A stretch of DNA of 63,505 nucleotides, the filler included, from Basidiobolus ranarum (taxonomy: Eukaryota): the NCBI GenBank assembly GCA_040143965.1. It is 51 parts of 51 records of this genome, joined end to end, with 100 filler letters (N's around TTAATTAATTAA, not from the genome) between each part and the next. Parts side by side here need not be neighbours in the genome. Positions count along the whole stretch, not along the records: positions 59,886 to 61,025 come from JASJQH010013135.1; positions 61,126 to 62,265 come from JASJQH010013136.1; positions 62,366 to 63,505 come from JASJQH010013137.1; 48 more parts are not named here. One strand, written 5' to 3'. The notes beneath the pieces were generated by a model. It had not been told where the DNA came from. It ran no database searches and saw only the letters and a list, made by a program, of their open reading frames with translations. A program made the position numbers and the translations under genes. Of the stretch, positions 60,584-63,505 are shown piece by piece (position 1 is the first letter of the stretch; every line of letters begins with the position of its first letter).

Positions 60584-62744
60584 CCCTAACAAAAATAAAA
60601 TTGATTTGATCCAGATTGGATCCACCCTCTGAAATAGCAAAACCATCAGAGAACCATCACAAAATTGATGGCTTGCATTCTGCCTGGGATTTTGAGAGTG
60701 TGATGGCGGTTTCTTGATGGTATTTTGATGGTACTCACACATGTTAAAACATTGATCCACAAATTTGGCATGCGTTATTGAATATCCAGCAATATTTGAA
60801 AAAATATAATTTTGGAATGGCAATTACTGGGTTTACTGCCATAGGAATTTGAATCAATATGCATGCCTTTATTTGAATATTTTAGGCTTTGTATTCCGGC
60901 CATAATGCAAATGAAAAAAATACAAGAATCTTGTTGTGTTTAGTCTCTACATATGCATATACTTGACTGATTAGACATAACTCAACAACATCAATATGCT
61001 TTACCAGCAAACTAATGGTGGAAAANNNNNNNNNNNNNNNNNNNNNNNNNNNNNNNNNNNNNNNNNNNNTTAATTAATTAANNNNNNNNNNNNNNNNNNN
61101 NNNNNNNNNNNNNNNNNNNNNNNNNGAGTTTTGATGATAGGAAAAATCTAACAAAACAACATGCCAGCAATTGTAGCACTCAGCAAAGTAGACATAGTAC
61201 CACACAGCATGGCTCCCAAGGCACCAATTTGAATGCCAAAAGATGCAAAGTTAGCAGATCTATAAAGATAATAATTATTCAAAGATGAAGTTCTTTCCCA
61301 AAGTATACCTGCAATAGTTAATCTACAAATGTTGTGAATTCATTGACAAATATGTTAATGGTGACAGTCAGTAAACCAGCACTTATAATACCCTAATGAA
61401 AGGATAGAATAAATATCAACTATGAGTGCAAGAGTAAAAAAGTTCATGTTCAAGAAGTTTCCCACCTTACTAACAAAGGAATTGATGAAGGCTAGAAGAG
61501 AAACAAATGATATATCAGTAGCAAAAATCAACAATCTTTGTCTTCACTCTGGGGAATTTGGATAGCAAATCCTGAAGAAATGACAGAATGAGGCTTACTG
61601 CAAGGCACAGTTGCCAAAAATGATGTATTTGAAAAATGGGTTGACATTGCTGAATATCTACTCAAACTATGAATGTAGAGCAAGTATCAGTATTTTATAC
61701 CATACCACTAGCTGGAAAAAGGAAGCTTGGTTAAATGTTCAGTTTAAAAGCTGGGATGGGTTCTCTCAAAGAGTTCTCCAGAAAGGACTACAATTACATA
61801 TTAGTACCTGGTGCCCATTACACACTCTTGAGCCATCACTACATTTCTTCATTCTAGCAGTACCTGTGCACAGAACCAAGTAGATTGATCTTTATATATC
61901 CATCTCATGTCACATAACTATCTATTCTTAGTGCATCATTGCTATCACTATTGAACTCTGAAGCAATGGCAATGATCTTGATTCTAACTTACAATGTGTA
62001 TTATACTTTGCATGTGTTTTGTTACTTCTGTCCTTCCTCACTTTTATAGGTCATTTTGTGTTGATATTTACTCAAGGATCTATAATGCAAGTGTAAATAT
62101 TTTATCTATGTATGTATTATGTACAATTCAATGGTACCAAATATGTCAGTTCACACTGGAAACTATAAGTAAAAGCAATATGACATTCTGTATAAATCCT
62201 GGATCATACGCTTGTAGCAAGAGGTCATCAGTTAGCCAAATGTTGTTGTATCATAATTGTAAGTTNNNNNNNNNNNNNNNNNNNNNNNNNNNNNNNNNNN
62301 NNNNNNNNNTTAATTAATTAANNNNNNNNNNNNNNNNNNNNNNNNNNNNNNNNNNNNNNNNNNNNCATCTCTTTAGTGGACTTGTTCTCTGTGCTAGTGT
62401 CAGATTGTGCTATATATATCATATTGGATAAAGTATTCTAAAATTTATGCAGCACAATTTGGCACTATCCATCACCCTCTGGCATGATCAATTTCAATTA
62501 CATTTACTCTAATATATTGATCCATGGTCCAATAAATCCTGGCACAATGGAACAAGTCCAGTCTAAAGGCACACTTTAAAGTTGTCTTTAACAGTTTCTT
62601 TTAGTGGAGGGTATATCTTCTATCAATATCTTTAAGCTTCCAGTAAATATAAATTCAGCTTAGCTGAAGATTTGTAGTGGAATATTAGTCTTTTCATTTT
62701 AAAGATGGATAACACACCCCCATTCCACACTACACTGGAAAACA

Positions 62745-63505
62745 CTCTATGGCTTAAAACTATCTCCAAGAGCTTGGAATAGCAAGATAGATGCTTTTTT
62801 AGAAACACTCAAATTCCAAAAGAGTAATGCTAACTATAGTATCCACTTCAGGCCAGATAAGACAAACCCAGTTTTATTAGCCTTATATGTAGATGACCTT
62901 ATTATTATAGCAACCAATGACTTGAAGACTTTGGAGAAAACCAAATCCAGCTTATCTGCCAAATACAAAATGACTGATCTTAGTGAACTGACAAAATATC
63001 TTGGAATCCAAATTATGATAGATAGAACTACCAAAACAATAATTGTAAACCAGTCTAAGTATATCCCAGATATATTAAAGAAATTTAAAATGGAAGAATG
63101 TAATCCAGTATCTATCCCAATGGAGACAAATCTTAACTTGATCAAAAATGGCTCAAATCAGATGTTCTTGAATTTAAATGAAAGCCCAAAATTTCCTTAT
63201 CAATATATGGTTGGTAGTTTGATGTATGTCATGGTTGGAACATGGCCAGATATTGCATATTCTGTGGGAGGTATATGCCAATATCTTCAAATTTATGGAT
63301 CTGATCAAATCATAGCAGTTAAGTGGATTTTCAGATATTTGAAAGGTACTTTAGATCTATGCGTAAAATACACATATTCTGGATCAAATTTTGTTCTGAT
63401 GGGATATTCAGATGCAAATTGGGGAAGAGATATTGAAGACGGGAGATCTACAACAGGATACTTATTTCTTTGCTGTAATGGAGCTATTTCTTGGAATTCA
63501 AAGAA
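62745..63505 (+). mobile_element. Copia RT-RNase H start, largely open
   Basis: LYGLKLSPRAWN, LALYVDDL, FPYQYMVGSLMY, YSDANWG, RRSTTGY. Confidence 0.93.

Overview
This window is not contiguous genome. It is 51 short contigs (about 1155 bp declining steadily to about 1140 bp, i.e. size-sorted) joined by an artificial 100-nt spacer (N44-TTAATTAATTAA-N44, stops in all six frames), so adjacency across spacers means nothing. The DNA is eukaryotic and most likely from an early-diverging fungus (Basidiobolus/zygomycete-like; inference). Most of it is degenerate, CpG-depleted, nested transposon debris: at least three Ty1/Copia families with distinct LTRs and half-tRNA-iMet-type PBS (GGTTATGAGCCC), chromodomain Ty3/Gypsy elements, and a CMC/CACTA-like DNA transposon with CCCTAACA termini and two divergent ORFs. 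CpG-retaining islands hold the more interesting items: an intact, intronless secreted CHAP-domain gene of bacterial type; a tandem family of secreted Gly/Asp/Tyr/Lys-rich repeat proteins; a transposase fragment fused in frame to a CBM5/12 chitin-binding domain next to an AA11-LPMO-like relic; a pseudogenised Fanzor1 (TnpB-related RNA-guided nuclease) fragment; and a mitochondrial-type LAGLIDADG fragment. There is also a 282-bp solo LTR with a 5-bp TSD that carries a tRNA-like sequence, plus 84-bp and ~125-bp tandem repeats. Family assignments come from motif recognition only; no searches were run.
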